This document shows positions 56,774 through 57,054 of a stretch of 57,054 nucleotides of DNA, in pieces. Origin of the DNA: Candidatus Spyradocola sp. (GTDB lineage Bacteria > Bacillota > Clostridia > Christensenellales > UBA1750). A program made the translations under genes and the position numbers. Position 1 is the stretch's first letter. Every line of letters begins with the position of its first letter. A model generated the notes under the pieces. It was not told the origin of the DNA. It did no database searches and was given only the letters and a program-made list of their open reading frames with translations. Where the stretch lies: assembly GCA_034113365.1 (NCBI GenBank), contig JAXEXP010000083.1, positions 1 to 57,054 of the forward strand. Direction: 5' to 3'.

Positions 56774-57054
56774 GCTTTCTTTCCTGAGGAAAGAAAGCTG
56801 CGCAAAGAAAGGCATGGATGGTGCGGTGCAAAGGGGGAGCACTGTTCTCTGGCCTACTGGAAAACGCCTCCTGGGGCGGCGTTCTGCGCAAGCAGAACAA
56901 GCCCCCCGGCCGCGCTTCGCGCGGCCGGGGGGCTTCATTTGCCTTACGGCAAATGCTACGTCAGGAAGGTTTTTTCAGAAGGGCTAGAACACTGCAGTCA
57001 CCACTTAGCAGGTACCATATATGCTCTTCTTTTGCGCAGCTTTTCTTCTCTCAG
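56774..57054. repeat. inverted-repeat element family D, cut by the window end
   Basis: CTGAGGAAAGAAAGCTGCGCAAAGAAAG vs reverse complement of 57024-57054; internal hairpin GCCCCCCGGCCGCG-CTT-CGCGCGGCCGGGGGGC. Confidence 0.7.

Overview
High-GC (roughly 65% by eye) chromosomal segment of a Bacillota/Clostridia-type bacterium (inferred from trmK-nif3, L20 leader-infC-rpmI-rplT, T-box-pheST-zapA, rapZ-whiA-HPr and purR-glmU-pth-mfd). About 50 CDS: housekeeping blocks interleaved with accessory catabolic genes (AraC/flavoenzyme/SDR/PHP/GH29 cluster, GH43, FG-GAP+ThuA+enolase) and an XRE-TPR regulator with an MFS gene. No prophage, CRISPR, rRNA or tRNA found. The most unusual signal is intergenic. 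A two-hairpin REP-like repeat occurs in at least 9 full, split or partial copies. In three of them the same hairpin arm carries a ~125-nt element whose stems show compensatory changes, and at 21.5 kb that element has inserted into another copy of itself. Also seen: a 300-bp TIR-bounded MITE-like element, a catalytically dead IS5 N-terminal fragment heading a catabolic operon, an HPr with Asp15, a transglutaminase-like protein lacking its catalytic Cys, and a frameshifted HD-domain gene. All family assignments come from motif recognition by eye, not from database searches.
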